A DNA stretch of 64,000 nt from Phallusia mammillata. Taxonomy: Eukaryota. The DNA is taken from contig OZ281496.1 in NCBI GenBank assembly GCA_965637545.1, forward strand, positions 24,924,001 through 24,988,000. The letters run 5' to 3'. The translations under genes were made by a program, and so were the position numbers. The notes beneath the pieces were generated by a model. That model was given only the letters and a program-made list of their open reading frames with translations, did not search any database and was not told the DNA's origin. Shown here in pieces: positions 11,276 through 26,200 of the stretch (position 1 is its first letter; each line of letters begins with the position of its first letter).

Positions 11276-14200
11276 CTGGAAAAAAATCATTAGTAGTTGT
11301 CACTGTGACATTCTTGTTTTGTGTGAGAGTGGTACTCTAAAACGTAAGGATATAACTTACCACTATTATGGCATAATCACCAACTGAATAGAAAATGCAT
11401 TCGGGCGGCGAACTTCCCAGTATCAATTCGGTGCCTTCTGGAGACCAACGTAGATTGATTTCATCCCATATGTTGCATTGTGTTCTTGTGGCTATTTGCT
11501 AAAAGATGCAAAGTGTTCATAATGGAACGACAAATCGATGACGAAAGATCTTTGCTGGCAGCGATTTTATGGTTTAATTTGACTTCTGAGGTTTCCAATA
11601 AGTTTGAGCTACTAGGCTTACTTGGAGTTCGTTGTCAGATGATGGCTCTATTCCTTGAACTGCAGTTTGAAGCACAAAAGTAATCTGTAGTCCTTGGGGA
11701 ATATGAGCTTCAGTCAAACCGCTTATTCTCACTGATATCACCTATACCAACAAATGTAGTTTTATGTACAGTTATGCTAGCCTTAATTGTCTGGTGATTT
11801 TCCTTGCCATGTAAACGGGTTTATAAAAACACTGTACGCACTGGTGTATTTTACATTTAGCTTGTTTCAAAAACTATAATCTACTTACAAAGTTGTTTTG
11901 CTGGCCTTCTGGAATTATGTTATCGTTTGCGTACACCATTAGTGTTAGCCTCGGTGTGTCAGTAGCACCAGTTGCACGACGTTTTCTAGCTGATGAGATT
12001 TGGTCCAACAAGGATCCAGGGATTGAGACACCGGCAATTTGTCGGTTTAAACCGGGTTCCATTAGAGGCGAGTTTTGGTCATCGAACTGATCGTTAGCAT
12101 TTCGGGTCGGCTCTGTGATCTGTAAGCTTAGTTAGTTTATATGTTTGGAAAGAAAGGGTAGCGCTATCACCGAACCCTCGGATATAGGCAATGCCACAGC
12201 AATTAGCAAGTATCGAAATAATAATTAGTTTAATGTTATTTAATCACGACACGTACTTGACAAACATATAGTTAAAGTAGCATAAAACATAACGATGTGC
12301 CGTTATCTTGTGGGGAAAACGTCACAATTGCCCATGGCACTTTACTGACATTGTTTTCTATGTTAATCTGTGTTCATCAACATACCGTCAGTTGCGTGGA
12401 GCTAGTACTAAATGTGATAGAAGTTTGGTTTTCTGGCAATGTCACCCTCTCTGCGAACGTTCGGAAAGCGTTCAACAGTTCTTGTTGCTTTTGTTGTGCC
12501 TCGTTGCTGCATGAAAAAAATCCGAGTTGATCTTTTGCAAGCCTTACAATCGCAAATTCTTATACCTCTCGTCGTTGCTCAAAGATTTGCCGATTTGTTC
12601 CGTGCTTTCGATAATGTCATACATTGTCGAAGGGGTAATCTTACAAAAAAATACAATGAACGTGATCCATGTGTATTTTATACTTACCAAAGCCGTTATC
12701 TTACCTATTTTATAGGTAAGAATATTTATGCTAAAATGCGGAGTTTACTAGATATAAATATTCGTGTCATTGTTTGACAGCACTTTTAACTCACCTCGAC
12801 TTGTTCTGGGTCAGTTTGACTCAATGCAACAAGAACATTGACCGCGTCTGTCGCTCCGTCGGTGCTAATGTTGGAAGTCAGCAATTTGATGCCTGCAATT
12901 TGATTTTTTACCACCTCCGTCGTTGCGTTTTCAGTTGCCACCTACAACATATACTGCATTTTAGGCCGACGTGGTGCAGGTGGCACTGAAATACAGCAAG
13001 TCGACTTACCGTAATTTACGAAATCGTTAAAAACTGTGTGGGACAAACTGTGATATAAGTTAGGTTTATGTTATTGTTTACGGTTTACGCTTGCTGAGAT
13101 CCAATTTGGTATGTGGCGTTTGTTTATTGCACGTTTGAATACTGCTCATCAATTTTTTATATTTTTTCGGGTTCGGCTTACTGAATTATTATTCAACCTT
13201 TTGCATGTCAGTATCGAAGTTATAAAGCCCGAAGTGGCCGGACCCACTCCCTTGCAGCCGGTTTACAGTTTTACGATGACACAACAATTGTTTTATTTTA
13301 ACAATCTACCAACCGAGCCGAGCAAATCCCCAATGGTCGCATTGCAGCCAACAACACGAGGAGTTCCAAACCTGAAGGTATTCTGCGCCGTTTCTAAGCA
13401 AACCGCTGATGCAATTGGTCGTCCTGTATGTGCAAGTAGAATATAAGTTAACAACTTCCTCTGTGACCGTATACGTTAAGGATAGTCTTACCGTCTGAGC
13501 AGCTCTCAGCTGAAACTGCTGACTGTCCAAGCAATGATCCCGGAAAGGTGTAGGTCTCAGTTTTATAGGTTATTGAAGCTTCAGCACATGTCGGATTACT
13601 TGCTGAAATCAACAATAAACAAACTTTTTCACATCACATGATAGATTTCGATTCCATAACGTGGTGCCGATTATTAACGTAATGAAATAAAAATAAAATC
13701 ATATTTCTTGTTTTACTGGAAAAACAATACCTATCACGGTTGTCAAACCCTTCTGTGTTGTTGTCTGTCTGTGCTTTGTTGTTTCCTTGCCAAATGTGGT
13801 TGGTTCGATTGTAGTGGTAGTGTGAAAGTCTATTGTGGTTGGCCGTGTTGTTTTCGACGGGGTTGTTTCTGCTTTTGGAAAACGGTTTGTAAAATACTTT
13901 AGCACAGGTTGCCGACACTCATTTAATTTACCTGCACTTTGTGTAGTGGTGGCAACAGCTGTTGTGGTTATAGTTGTTGATGTAGTTTGTACATCCGTCT
14001 TAGTGGACCTTTCTGGTGTCGTGGCTGTTCGTTGCGTCGTGCCTTATAACAGATATTAGTCAACAGAACGCATTTATTTATGACGCTTCTTTTTCTATCT
14101 TTTGATCTTTACTAGAAACCGCTAAAGTTTAAATAGAAACAGTCATCAGTGCATTGATGTTTGTTTGCATTATTTATATGTTAGGTTAAGAATAGTAGTG

Positions 14201-17200
14201 GTATGTATTTTGTAATCTGTTCACCAGTTTGTTTTACTTTTATTTCAAATGCACTACCTCAGAGTTGTAAGTCGGGCCGGGATTTTCGGGCCTGACTTTA
14301 CACTCTGTGTCAGTATTTTTTAATTTAATAAATTTAACCAGCTAAGTAGGCAGTTGCTGGACCTGACGTAATGTCAAACAGCCCTAAACGCCTTGTTCGA
14401 GACCAATTGTCTGTTGTGTTTGTTGTCTTGGTCTTTTCTGAGCTTGTCAATCAAACTTTCGGGCCTAAACGGACTCAAAAACGATTCGGGTTCGGGCCGG
14501 GTTCGGACTCTAATTTCAGGCCCGTTTACAACCTTACACTAGTTGCCATAGTCTACTGGTGTGGAGTGTACCAAGTTGGCCTTCGAACACAGCAGTTTAA
14601 AAAAGTGTGGAGATTGCATATAATAAACACTACAAAGGCGGGTCGTACCTGGTTTCTGCAGGCGTCTTTCACATATGTATGCCCTCTCAAACGAGCATCT
14701 TCGTGTTGCCCACTTGAAATTGGTGTTCAGTATGACGCATGTTTCAGCTAAGTTAATGGACGGTTCCCCCTGATCAAATTGCTCTTGCGAAGGCATAAGC
14801 CGGTCTCCATCACTCCACGTTAAGTTAGATTCTCCGTTAAGTTTTGAAAGCCCGAACCATGCATTTCCTGCTTGATGCAAAACAATTTGTGTCAAAAATC
14901 TCAATAGAATGTTTTTAACAGTTCCATTTGCTACGATTTAGCATCTAACACCTCCAACACCTCCTAAATTTTACATTTAGTATAGCTTTGTTTTGTTACC
15001 AGAATCGTCTTTAACATAGTCATGTATGACAAACGACCCACTGGGGACAACTTACCTCTGAATGTGAGATTTTGTTTCAGGAACTCTGTTATACGGGTGT
15101 TTTTGATGGTTGCAAGCGTTGCGTTCAGTTTCTGGCAAAGTTGTTCAGCCTCAAAGAAGCTTTTTGGATCTTCACGAATAAGGTAACTCGAGTATTCGAA
15201 CTCCTTCCACACGTCAACTGAAACCATAATTGTTTGCTTATACTATTGTTACCAAACGTTCAAATGTAAGTTTTATTTCCACTGATTTTGGTAAAGTGGA
15301 TAAACGTACGATGCTGCAGCAGTTACTGCGTATTTAACGTACAACCATAAACTGGAAATTAAGGCTGGTATATGATATTTTGGTGGCTGTTCGTTTGAAA
15401 TGCATTCAAACTAAACTAGCTATTTAATATGCTGCATCTTTTTTTAGCTATTTAATATGCAATATGCTTTATTGCAATTAATAAAACATGCTACCTGGCG
15501 GAGCTTGAGTTGTTGTAGCAACCTCAGCTTGTGTTGTGGTTTCTTTTTTACCTGCTGGAGAAAAATATTTCAAATTAGTTTTGCATTGCTTTAATTGTTT
15601 TTTACTGGAAACATACCTGTTGTTGCTACTGCTACAACGCCAGTAGTGGTTGTAGGGCCTGCTGTTGTTTGATCTACAATACAGACTCAAAATATTTACG
15701 GTTTGTGCCAAAACAAAAGTTTGCAAAAACAACTTTACGTGTAGAAAATATCGTGTAACTTATGCGTGAATTACAGTTGCCACTTGCCTTCTAGCGAATA
15801 AGTTGTCGACGTTGTTGTTGTAGGAACCGGTTCTGTAGTAGGTTCAACGCCAATAGTCGTTTCAAATTCTTGCGATCAAAATATTTTTTTTGTTGGTATT
15901 AATATTAATGTGGAAGAAAAGAAAAAGACGGTTTTATTAGATTTGTTTTGTTTTTTTATTGTCACTCAAAGCGTGTGAATCGACTCTAAAACATACTATG
16001 ATTTCATTGAAAAGCATTGTAGGAAAAATGGGTTCAAAAATGGTATATTAAATAGAATTCTTGACGTTCCATAGGGTACATAACGGTTACCTAGTGTGAA
16101 TTTATGTGAAGCCATTAGAGTTCGATAAAAAGTCCATGACCATTCAACTTGTTTTGTTAATGTATATTACTCACCTGCGGTTTGGGTAGAGGTTGCTGTG
16201 GTTTCCGCAACGTAATCGTTTGTGGTTGTGACTTCCGCTGTACATATTAAATCGAATACAATTAATGTTGTAAACGTCAAAATCAGTTGTTAAATTTAAG
16301 GGCGAGTGCGCGTGCAAGAAGTTTAGGCAACTTAATAAAGAGCTTCATGGTTATTGGTGGTTTTAAACCAAAGCAATACAAGTCCTGGCAACATCACTGC
16401 TATGTTTTAATTGTGAATGTAAAGATGTGTAATCTAGTCCAGCAGGTATACGCAGTTACAAATAAATTTATCGTTGCCGGCGTTACAGCTTACCTGATGA
16501 CGTTGTTTGATCTGCTGTGGTGATGATCACATTTTCATAGGTGGTTGTTTCATATTCTAATACAAGACAGTTTAATTAGTGGTTGTGCCCAAACTTATGT
16601 CAACATGCTTATAACTTGCCTTCACTGTCAGTTGTGGTCAAGAAATTCACGTCCGTTGTTGTATCAACATCTTCAAACGAAAATAAAATATTAGTCAAAA
16701 ACTGCCAAATCAAATTTACTTTCTGTGCTTTTGTGCTATATCAGGGGTAGGCAACCTTTTTTCTACTGCGGACCGTTGTTGAAACTGAATTATTCTCGCA
16801 GACCGACCTTCAAAAAACTACAAATATTTAGTAACGAAAACGCCTAAATTAAGTTATCATTCCCGGGATAAATGGGCAAAATGTTTTTAAACACTTAACC
16901 TGAAAAATTATACGGCCCACTAGCGAACTCGTCGCGGACCGGCGGTTGCCGACGACTGTTCTATATTGCATAAAATAATAAACCAACTTAACTGTTAGTT
17001 ATACGTATGATCATTAAAACAAGTATACACTTACCGTCTTCATCGGTTGTAGCAGCAAAGTCATTGACAGTTGTCGTTTCAAAATCTTAAAACAAAATGA
17101 CATTTGGACCAAAATTTAATATCGCTTTTTGTCGGTAATTGGTCATGCTAAAAGGAAACTAAGCGAGTTTCATTGACTAAACGTCTACAATATCTTGACT

Positions 17201-20200
17201 TGCCTTTATTGTCTGTGGTGGTTGTGAAGCTGTTGTCGGTCGTTGTGGCAATACCTTAAAGCAAATTTTATTTCAAAATAATGACAAAAGTTTAGGATAT
17301 GGTTACTTTGTTGGCATTTGTTACTTTGTGCAAATTGTTTAACTGGTAGATCGGTGGTAACTTTAACATAGGTAACGTGTTGAACTTGCCTTTGTTTTCG
17401 GTTGTGAAAACGTTGTCCGTCGTTGTATCCGCATCTTTAATCAAAATAACAAATAAAAGCGTCAAAATATTGGAAACATTTGCAGTAGTGCCTGAATAAA
17501 TTGTGTGGCGCAGTAAAAGACGTTTTAACGATATTTTCCAGGAAATTAAAATAACTTACGTGTGGAGGTCGCGTTGGTTGTTTGTACATTTTCAAGACTG
17601 CCTGTTGTTGTTTCTGGAACCCCAGAAAATAAAAGTTCTAAGTAATACATAAATCTGATCCCAGTTATGAATTTATGTTCATCTTAAGTAATACATACTA
17701 ACACAAAGCTTGTGAAAAACGTTAGGATTCAGGGTTGTTTAAAACAATAAGGTGTTATTAGAACACACGGCTTTCGGTTTGCTTTGAACCATCAATCAAT
17801 CTTAAATCACATTGTTTTAACATCATAACCTGCAGCAAGTCGACCATAGGCTTCTGCTCATGCCTAATTGATTTTAGAAACGTTTTTCGTAGCCTTTTTG
17901 AAACGTTTTCAAGCACTTCTGTATATCATTTTCATACCCAATGTTGTTACGAGTGTTCCATAAACAGTTGACGTTTCTACATTTTCTATTGCGTCCTGGG
18001 TTGTTTTGTCCGAGATGCCATCTAAGTTATTTTTGTGATAAACTAGTTCTTTATAGTTATTCGTCGATGAGTTACCTGTCTCAGTGGTTTGTGTGTTAAC
18101 GGTCATCGGCACTGTGGCTTTATCAGTTTGTGACTGCGTTCTAAAGACTGTTGACGTTTTAACATTTCCGTTTGTTTGCTGTCTTGTTTTTTCTGTGGTG
18201 ATGCCTGCGTTTTCGTAAGTTAAGTGTCTTTTAATACCTTAGGACAGTGGTTCCCAAACTGTGGGCTATGGCCCAGAACTGGGCCACCAAGACATTTTCA
18301 ATGGGCCACAGAGCCATTTGAATAGATTCTACTGTTTTGTTATACTGTAAATAGTATGCGCTTTGTTTTGAAAAAAGTGATTTTTGCAAAGAATTCTGAA
18401 TCTTGTAGCCAAATTTCAGGAGCATGTATCTCATTAAAATAAATTGCTAGAAAATGTCGCCTGTTTTTTGAATTTTTTTGTTTGTGCCCAAATATACAGC
18501 ACATGGTGGGCCACGAATCACTATTAAATAGACATTTGGGCCACAGACCATAAAAGTTTGGGAACCCCTGCCTTAGGAAATGTTTTACCTGTCCAAGTTG
18601 TTTTTGTGTTGGCAGCCGTTGGATTAGTTAGCTTTTCAGTTTGTTCTTGTGTGGTTAAAAGTATCACATAATTTGTTGACGTTTTACCATTTCCGTTTGT
18701 TTGTTGGCTTGTTTTTTCTGTGGTGAAATCTGCGTTTTTTGTGTTATATGTTTTTATTGGTTGAGAAAACAGATTTACCTGTCCAAGTTGTATTTGCGCT
18801 AATAGCCGTCGGTATTGTTAGCAGCCTGGTTAGTTTTTGTGTAGTTGCTGGTGTTCCATAGACTGTTGTCATTTCAACTTTTTTGGTTGTTCCATGTGTC
18901 GTTTTTCCCGTCGTAAACTCTACGCTTTATGTTTTAATCGAGCTTTTCATTGTACATTTAACTGTATTACCTGGCCCAGTTGTTGTTTTGTTCATATTCA
19001 TTGTTGTTTCAAACTTTCCAGTCGTTTGTTTTGTTGTATGTTTCCCTCCTACGCGAAATACTAGTCCTTTATTAAGTTTTTTTTTTTCTTGGATTAAAGT
19101 TACCTGTTGGCGTGAAAAATTGTTTTGTTGTTTCAAAACGTTGCGTTGTCTGTTTTGTAGTTTGTCTCGCGGAAATATCTGAGTGTTAATCATAAATCAT
19201 CAGGAGTTAATTTGTGATTTTTGTTCAGTTAACCTTTCTATACCTGATGTAGAGATCTGTGTCGCAGAATATGATGATTTATGAAAATTGTCAGTAGTTT
19301 GTTGGGTTGTTTGTGCCGTGGTTACCCCTACGTGAAAATTTGTTATACTTTGGTAAATTGGGTCAAAAAATATTTAGATTATTATTTACCTTTAATGAAA
19401 GTTGTGGGAGTTGTGTAAGAATCTGTCGGTGTTTTAACCACTTTAGTTTTGAACTGGGTTGTTTGTGTTGCAGTAAAACCTAAACATATGTTTTTAACAA
19501 TGTGTAATATTTGTATGCCAAAAGCATACATTATCCAAAGTAAAGGAATTTCGAATAGTTTTAGCAGTATTCTGTGTTTTAAAAGTCATTTTTATTAAGC
19601 CCGTTTTTTTAAATTTGGTGCTAATATCTGGTAAGAGTGTGGTCCCCTTGTGTTGGAGTGTTGTTTACAATTCCTTCGGCACTTCGGTGGCATGCATAGA
19701 CATGATTTTAGTGTTTTATGGACTTGTTGATTTATTTAGCTGACTCAAGTAATATTCTGTACAAAATAGGGTTTTACGGGAGTATTTGTTGATAATCGAA
19801 CGGTAATTTCCTTATAATTACCTTCAGTAACAGGTCGTTGACAAACGTAGGAACGTTTGTGCCCACACTTTCTGGCATGCCAGTTAACATCCCTGTCAAC
19901 AATAACGCAAACACTATGGTTGAGTAGATGTGATAGTAGTTGGACTTGGATGTATGGTGGTTCATTTACATTTAACTCTGTACCATCAATCCAAAAATAG
20001 GTTGTTCGGTTTCCGCGGAGTCCAATCCAAACATTTTTTAAGGTGCCAGATAACCCTGTATTGCATTGTAGAAAAAAATGCTTGAAGTTGAATAAAAGTT
20101 CTTCATCACATGTTTTTGCACAGAATACAACACTTTTCGATGTTACAGCCGTGAAGGAAGCGAACCCACCTTCTTGTTTTCCGATTAATGTCACCACTGC

Positions 20201-23200
20201 AAGAATAAATCTTATTGCTTCATCTGTCTTGACTATCACAAGTGATCCACCTTCTGCTTGGCAAGCATCATTCGATGCCGTGAAGTTACGACGTATTGTA
20301 CCAAGGTAGAACTCTGTGTTGCCTACTCTCACCCACTCTGGTGTTGCAGAGACAGGTTGGTTACGTTTCGCCAAAAAGATAGACCACATAGGAATTCATG
20401 ACGTGAGAAACAAAATTTATGTTTGTTTTTTTCTTTTTTTCTGTCCTATTTGATTTGAGAATACCAGGCTGATGACTCTTACACAACATAGTTTGCTTCT
20501 ATGTTCAGCAAGTATTTTTTGCTGTTCAAATGCGTGTAGCGTCAGATACCGGGCCTGTATTTAGTGAGGATGTTTAGCGGAAGGTAGTGTAAGTTTAGGA
20601 ATGACTTTGTTATTTTAATTTGTGGTTGTCGGAGTTGCGTCGGTTTTATATGCTGTGATGGTACATGGCAGTATAGGCGTTTCGTTGCACATTTAAATAA
20701 TGTTTACGACACCTAATTCTTGTTCTACCTAAAACCTACCGTCTGGTGTTACAATGATGTTTTGTCCAAAACCAGTGGTAAACCGTTGGGTAGTATCTGA
20801 AAAAGGCGGTCTTAATCAAAGTAAAAAATTGATGAAGGTACAACGGTTTATCGGTCACTACATAGTTTATAATTTTACTATCAAACATCACAGTTTGGTA
20901 ACCTGTGGCTTGTGTTGTGGATTGTAATGCTGTTTCAGCTGCAATGGTGATTTTAGTCGTCTTTTCTGATGTACCTGCAGTGGTAGCTGCGTTTGCCTCT
21001 TCTGTTGTGGCTGCATTGAAATCTTTGGTTGTCTTCTCTTTTGTTGTTGCAGTGCTAACGTCAGTTATCTCTTCGGTTGTAGTTGAGCCTATTGCTTCAC
21101 TTGTAATATGTGTAGTCGCTGCAGACGTGGCTTCGGTTGTTTCTTCGGTTGTCGCTGCAGTGGTGGCTTCGGTTGACTCTTGTGTTTTGGTTGCAATGGT
21201 AGCTTCGGTTGTGACTGCAATGGTAGCTTCGGTTGACTCTTCGGTTGTAGCTTCATTAGTGACTTCGGTTGTCTCTTCGGTTGTGACTGCAATGGTAGCT
21301 TCGGTTGACTCTTCGGTTGTAGCTTCATTAGTGACTTCGGTTGTATCTTCGGTTGTGACTGCAGTGGTAGCTTTGGTTGTAAATTCTGCCATAGCTTCAG
21401 TCGTGACTTCGGTTGTGACTGCAATGGTAGCTTCGGTTGACTCTTCGGTTGTAGCTTCATTAGTGACTTCGGTTGTCTCTTCGGTTGTGACTGCAATGGT
21501 AGCTTCGGTTGACTCTTCGGTTGTAGCTTCATTAGTGACTTCGGTTGTATCTTCGGTTGTGACTGCAGTGGTAGCTTTGGTTGTAATATCTGCCTTAGCC
21601 TCAGTCGTGACTTCGGTTGTCTCTTTAGGTGTAGTTGAGCCGATGGTTGTCATTTGTGTTGTCGCTGCAGTGATGGCATCGGTTGTAATTTTTGTTGTGG
21701 CCGTAGTGATAGCTTGGAATGGAATCGTTTCCGTATGTTCAGTTGTAAATGCCGTTGAAGGCGTTGTTGCATATTCCCGTACAAGTTTATCTAAATGCAA
21801 TAGTTGAGTTTTTTTTAAGTTTACCACTTAAACAAGTTTTTTTTAACAATATTCATTTTATCGAAAGTTTAACGTTAAATTAGCAGGGAATAAATTATTT
21901 ACCAAATAGCGCAGTCCAATTGATCTCAAGAAAGTTCCCATTCTGCTGAAGTGTGTCTCTTTTTCTTTTTGCCACTATTTGCGATATTAGTACAATAAAA
22001 TGGTCGTTAAAGATATTTTGAACCGCGACAGTAACATCCAACGTACTGACGGACAGTCTTATTTTGCTCGGAGGGTCGCGAAACCAACGCTTAAAATGTA
22101 TTGTTACCACACTATTAGAAGCGTAGTGAGTTATTATTGTTGTTCCATTAATTCGACCTGCAAAAACATACAACGCAGTGTTATTTGGCGGGGTTTTAAA
22201 AAGTAAGGGCAGATGTGTTGTTTTTGTGCTTTTTTTCTGCTGATGACTTGCAAACTATTGTCAAACATATTTCTTTTAGCGTTTTTTTGTTGATTTAAAA
22301 GGTTAACAACGTAATTACCGTAATAAGCTTTCCAGTGGACTATTGGGCCTGCACTGTGCCAATGCCTGCCTGGAATATCGGTTCTGAAAACTGAAACGTT
22401 GAATCCGCAGTAATCGATCTCAACAAAATCATACGAGAAAATCAAATATTGAGGCATGTCAGTCGTGTCAAACTGTATTTCTATTTCCTTCGGTAGCACG
22501 TCGTAACACTCGTCAAATTCTTGTGTAGCATATTGGATCGCGGATAAAAGCTTTGGCTTTATATCAAACCTGCCAAACTGAGACTCTGCGAATGCAAAAA
22601 CCGCGTTTAATGTCGCTATAATGTTACAAAAAAATCATTTTAATACAAACAAAATATTTGACCAAATGAGGTTAGTAAAATGTTTTTGTGTCGATCTTTC
22701 ATTTAAAAATAAGCGTTGAAAGAATGCCCAACCGCTTGTACATTTAGTGTTGATGATGCAATGATTCTGTACAATACAAGGATTTTGGAGCACAGGGGAA
22801 CAAAGTTAACGAACCATAGTGTTTCGCACAGCTTCTTGCCTGGAAAATATTACCTTACATTTTCAGTCGCGCAGTGACGAGCCTAATGGTCAGGGGTGGG
22901 GAAGCCGTATGCGGCCCGCTTGCCTTTTTAATGTGGCCCGCGTCACAATTTTGGTACAGCATAAAACAAAGCATCGAAAAACAACAATAAAATGTTTATG
23001 TACAATTTACTTGAAAAGAATTCGACATTTCCACATTTGTCGCCAAACTTATTAAAATTGCCACACATTCAACCACTTGCTGTGTTTGTGACGTAACAGT
23101 CACTCGATTGTCTCTCCTTGCAGTAACAAATCATTTGCCATGTGGTGTTAGTTTTAAATTGATTTTAGAGGTATTAGCGTGGATCCTTATATTGTTACAT

Positions 23201-26200
23201 AAAATATATTCGGTATAACGGAGCTAGGGTGTTCCAGAAAGAATGGACAGATTTTAGTCGAATTAAGTGATAAACCTGTATGCCTTGTTTGTTGCAAACA
23301 AGTAACAGCAAAGAAAAAAAATTTGGAGCGATGAAATATAAAATCACTTGTGTGCTTAGGGTATTACATGGAATTTGAAAATAAAAAAATATTTGGCCGG
23401 CCCGAAAATGTTGTGCAATTCATGCGGCCCGCAGTACTAAGTAGGTTCCCCACCCCTGCTATAGGTAAACAACAAATGTATGTGCATTGTGTATCCTTAC
23501 GTTTCGGGACTAGTCGAGAATACTTGGTTGTGGCTACTTGAGTAGTTGCTGTTGTCACGGCGGAAGTGATTCTTGTAGTTGCTGTTTGTTCTTCTTGAAT
23601 ATAAAGGTCTGTATGTACCAGAATATTTTATTGTATACATGTAGTTTACGTGCTTTAACTTTTTAACAACGTGTCGGAAATAATTACTAAAAGGATGGGC
23701 TGCAACGAAGATATTGATGTATGTAATTAAAAATTAGTACCGCTTTATGATTTAATGCCTTTTAACAAATGGTCTAAAATGTAAACTAGTTGCTACATTG
23801 CACTTCACCTAGCTCTCATCTCGCGTTTGAATGCACAATTTACCCCACTTAGCTAATATAACTTATGCGCCTTAACTGTTTGGTATGTCACCACGTTTTT
23901 ACACAAGTACCCAATCTTACCGTATAAGGCAACCCAGTCGAAAGAGGCTACACGGATTGGAAGAATTTCTCTTTTTCTTTTTCCCACTGGGACTTGGACT
24001 GTAAATCGGTCATTGAAGATTTCGTAAACCTCAATGACGGACCCCAAAGTTAATGTTATGTAGACTTTGTTTGGTGGATTCGTGTACGTTTTTGGAAAAT
24101 ACACAGTTCCCACACTTCCATTAGGAATAGGCAAAGTAACACTTCCAGAAACTTTACCTTTAAAAAATATGTTTTGGTCTTAGCTTGTTTAGGAATGTTG
24201 AATTCAGTTGATAAGCACACATAGATATAGATAGGAAAAACATATTTTTTGGTTTGTTTGTTTATTGCTGTTCACGGTGGTAGACCCAAATGCGTAAAGC
24301 TCAAAACGACTTGACCATTGGTCTCCTTATCTTCTTGCAAGTCTGTTGGATCTATTTTACTTTAGCAACCCAAATACAATGTATTTACGTAATTGTTTTG
24401 TTTTGTACTATTCGCAGACATGAACTTGAATAGTAAAGTTTATAGAGCTCTTCTGGCAAGTGTTTTTATTTCGACGTCCTATACAGGTCGCCTTCATCCG
24501 GGTAAATAATACTGAATGCGCGTAGTACAGTGCACGATAAACAAAGGAAAAAAGAACGCAAACACGTCGAAAATAGGCGTCGAAACGTCGGAATAAAAAT
24601 ACTTGCCAGAAGTCCCGACAAACTTGATACCATGCCTGACAGCAATAGCTTATATAAAATAGCGATAAATTACCTCGAAATGCACTTACCGAAATAAGCT
24701 CTCCATACAATTGTCGGTCCAAATTCTTGCCATATACCGTCCCTAACATCTGTCCTGAAAACTGAAACATTCACACCGCAGTTGTCGACATCCAGCACAT
24801 TATAAGAGAACGTGTATGTGTCTGGCATGCCGCTTGTGTCAAGCTCAATTTCAATTTCCTTTGGCTTTACATCATAACTCTCGTCAAACTTTAGCGTAAC
24901 ATACTGGATGGCAGCTGGGGGATTTGGAAATACCTTGACTTCGCCTCTTTGGGGTTCTAAAAAACGTTACATTTACATGAAAGCGTGTTTTGTTGGGTAA
25001 AACATAAAAGTGGTCAGTGACACATCATACGAGTGTAGAATGTCTATGACTCACATCAATTGCGTTGTTTTGGGTCGGGACGTTTTGAAGTATATAACGC
25101 CTTAACCCAAAATCCTTTATAACCCAAATGGCCAAAATAATATTTTAAGCACTTTTATACACCAATAGTCAGTTGTTGTCTTTTTAAGTATTTCGTAGTT
25201 TTTAGTGAAATTTTGTACCTTTTGGGTAATTTTTCGGACTTGCAGTTGTGGTAGGAGCCCAAGTGGTCGTTTCTACATGTAATTATATAGAAAATCATAG
25301 CCATTATGTTTGTATTGCAAGTTTCGAAAAGCAAACACAGTCTATCTGTCCAGGCTAGGGTAATATTGAAAAAACTGTCCCCTACCGTTTGTTGGTGTGC
25401 TTGCGGTGAAATATGGGTATAAGTCGTCTTGAATAGGTGAACAACCTGCAAGAGATATTGTTATTTTTGTTTATGTTGTTCCAGCCAACTTATTTCCTGC
25501 TACATGCAACATTCAGTTGTGCTTGTTAGCATTATTACGGTTACTGGACAGTCGATGGATGCCAATTTTTGAGTTGTGAGAATTGCTGTAAATTACGATA
25601 GGTGTCTGCAAACTTACAAAAACTTTGACTTCAGTTCTTGGTTGGAAAATACTGTTTTTACACATTTGACGTAAAGGTGTGAAAATCATAAACGTATATA
25701 CAGTCAGTTACCAAAGTCTACTTTCCACTCCAAACTCAATGTTGTGTTTTGCCATCCTGCAAAACCGGTTGTCTGTGTATCGATTTTTTCAACGGCTGCT
25801 TCAAATCCGCATTCTTCATAGAAAATCACATGCGCTGCAAACTCCGATTCATAATTTTGCACATTTAAGGTTGTGCGAAGTGGGCGGTTTGCAAAACACT
25901 CTCCATAGAATATGTAGACACTTTTAACTCCACTTGTACTTCCGTCGAAGTCACTGACATTCATGATTCCCGAAATTGGTCCTACCACGTGAAATATATG
26001 TAGACAGTTGCGTGAGTCGAGGTGCTTAGTTTTTAGGTCGTAAATTCAATATTATGGTGCTAAACATAGTATTACAGCAATGGTGTGGCGATTTTTATAA
26101 AATATTTGTGGTTTGTTTAGTATTTCTCAGTATTTAACATATATGTACCTTTCCCATTCTTGTCACGAAACGTGCAGTTTTCTTGTGGGTCACCTGTAAC

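Noticed and set aside
20400-20600. Separate gene start splitting gene B into two genes
   Set aside because: No ATG-led hydrophobic signal exon was found, and the phase-1 exon ending at 20742 splices in frame to the CTLD2 exon at 20337.
20905-21807. 300-aa Val/Ser-rich plus-strand ORF (and 21089-21532 Gln/Pro ORF, 5965-6348 Val/Ala ORF)
   Set aside because: Alternative-frame or antisense products of Thr-codon mucin repeats, which lack stop codons by composition.
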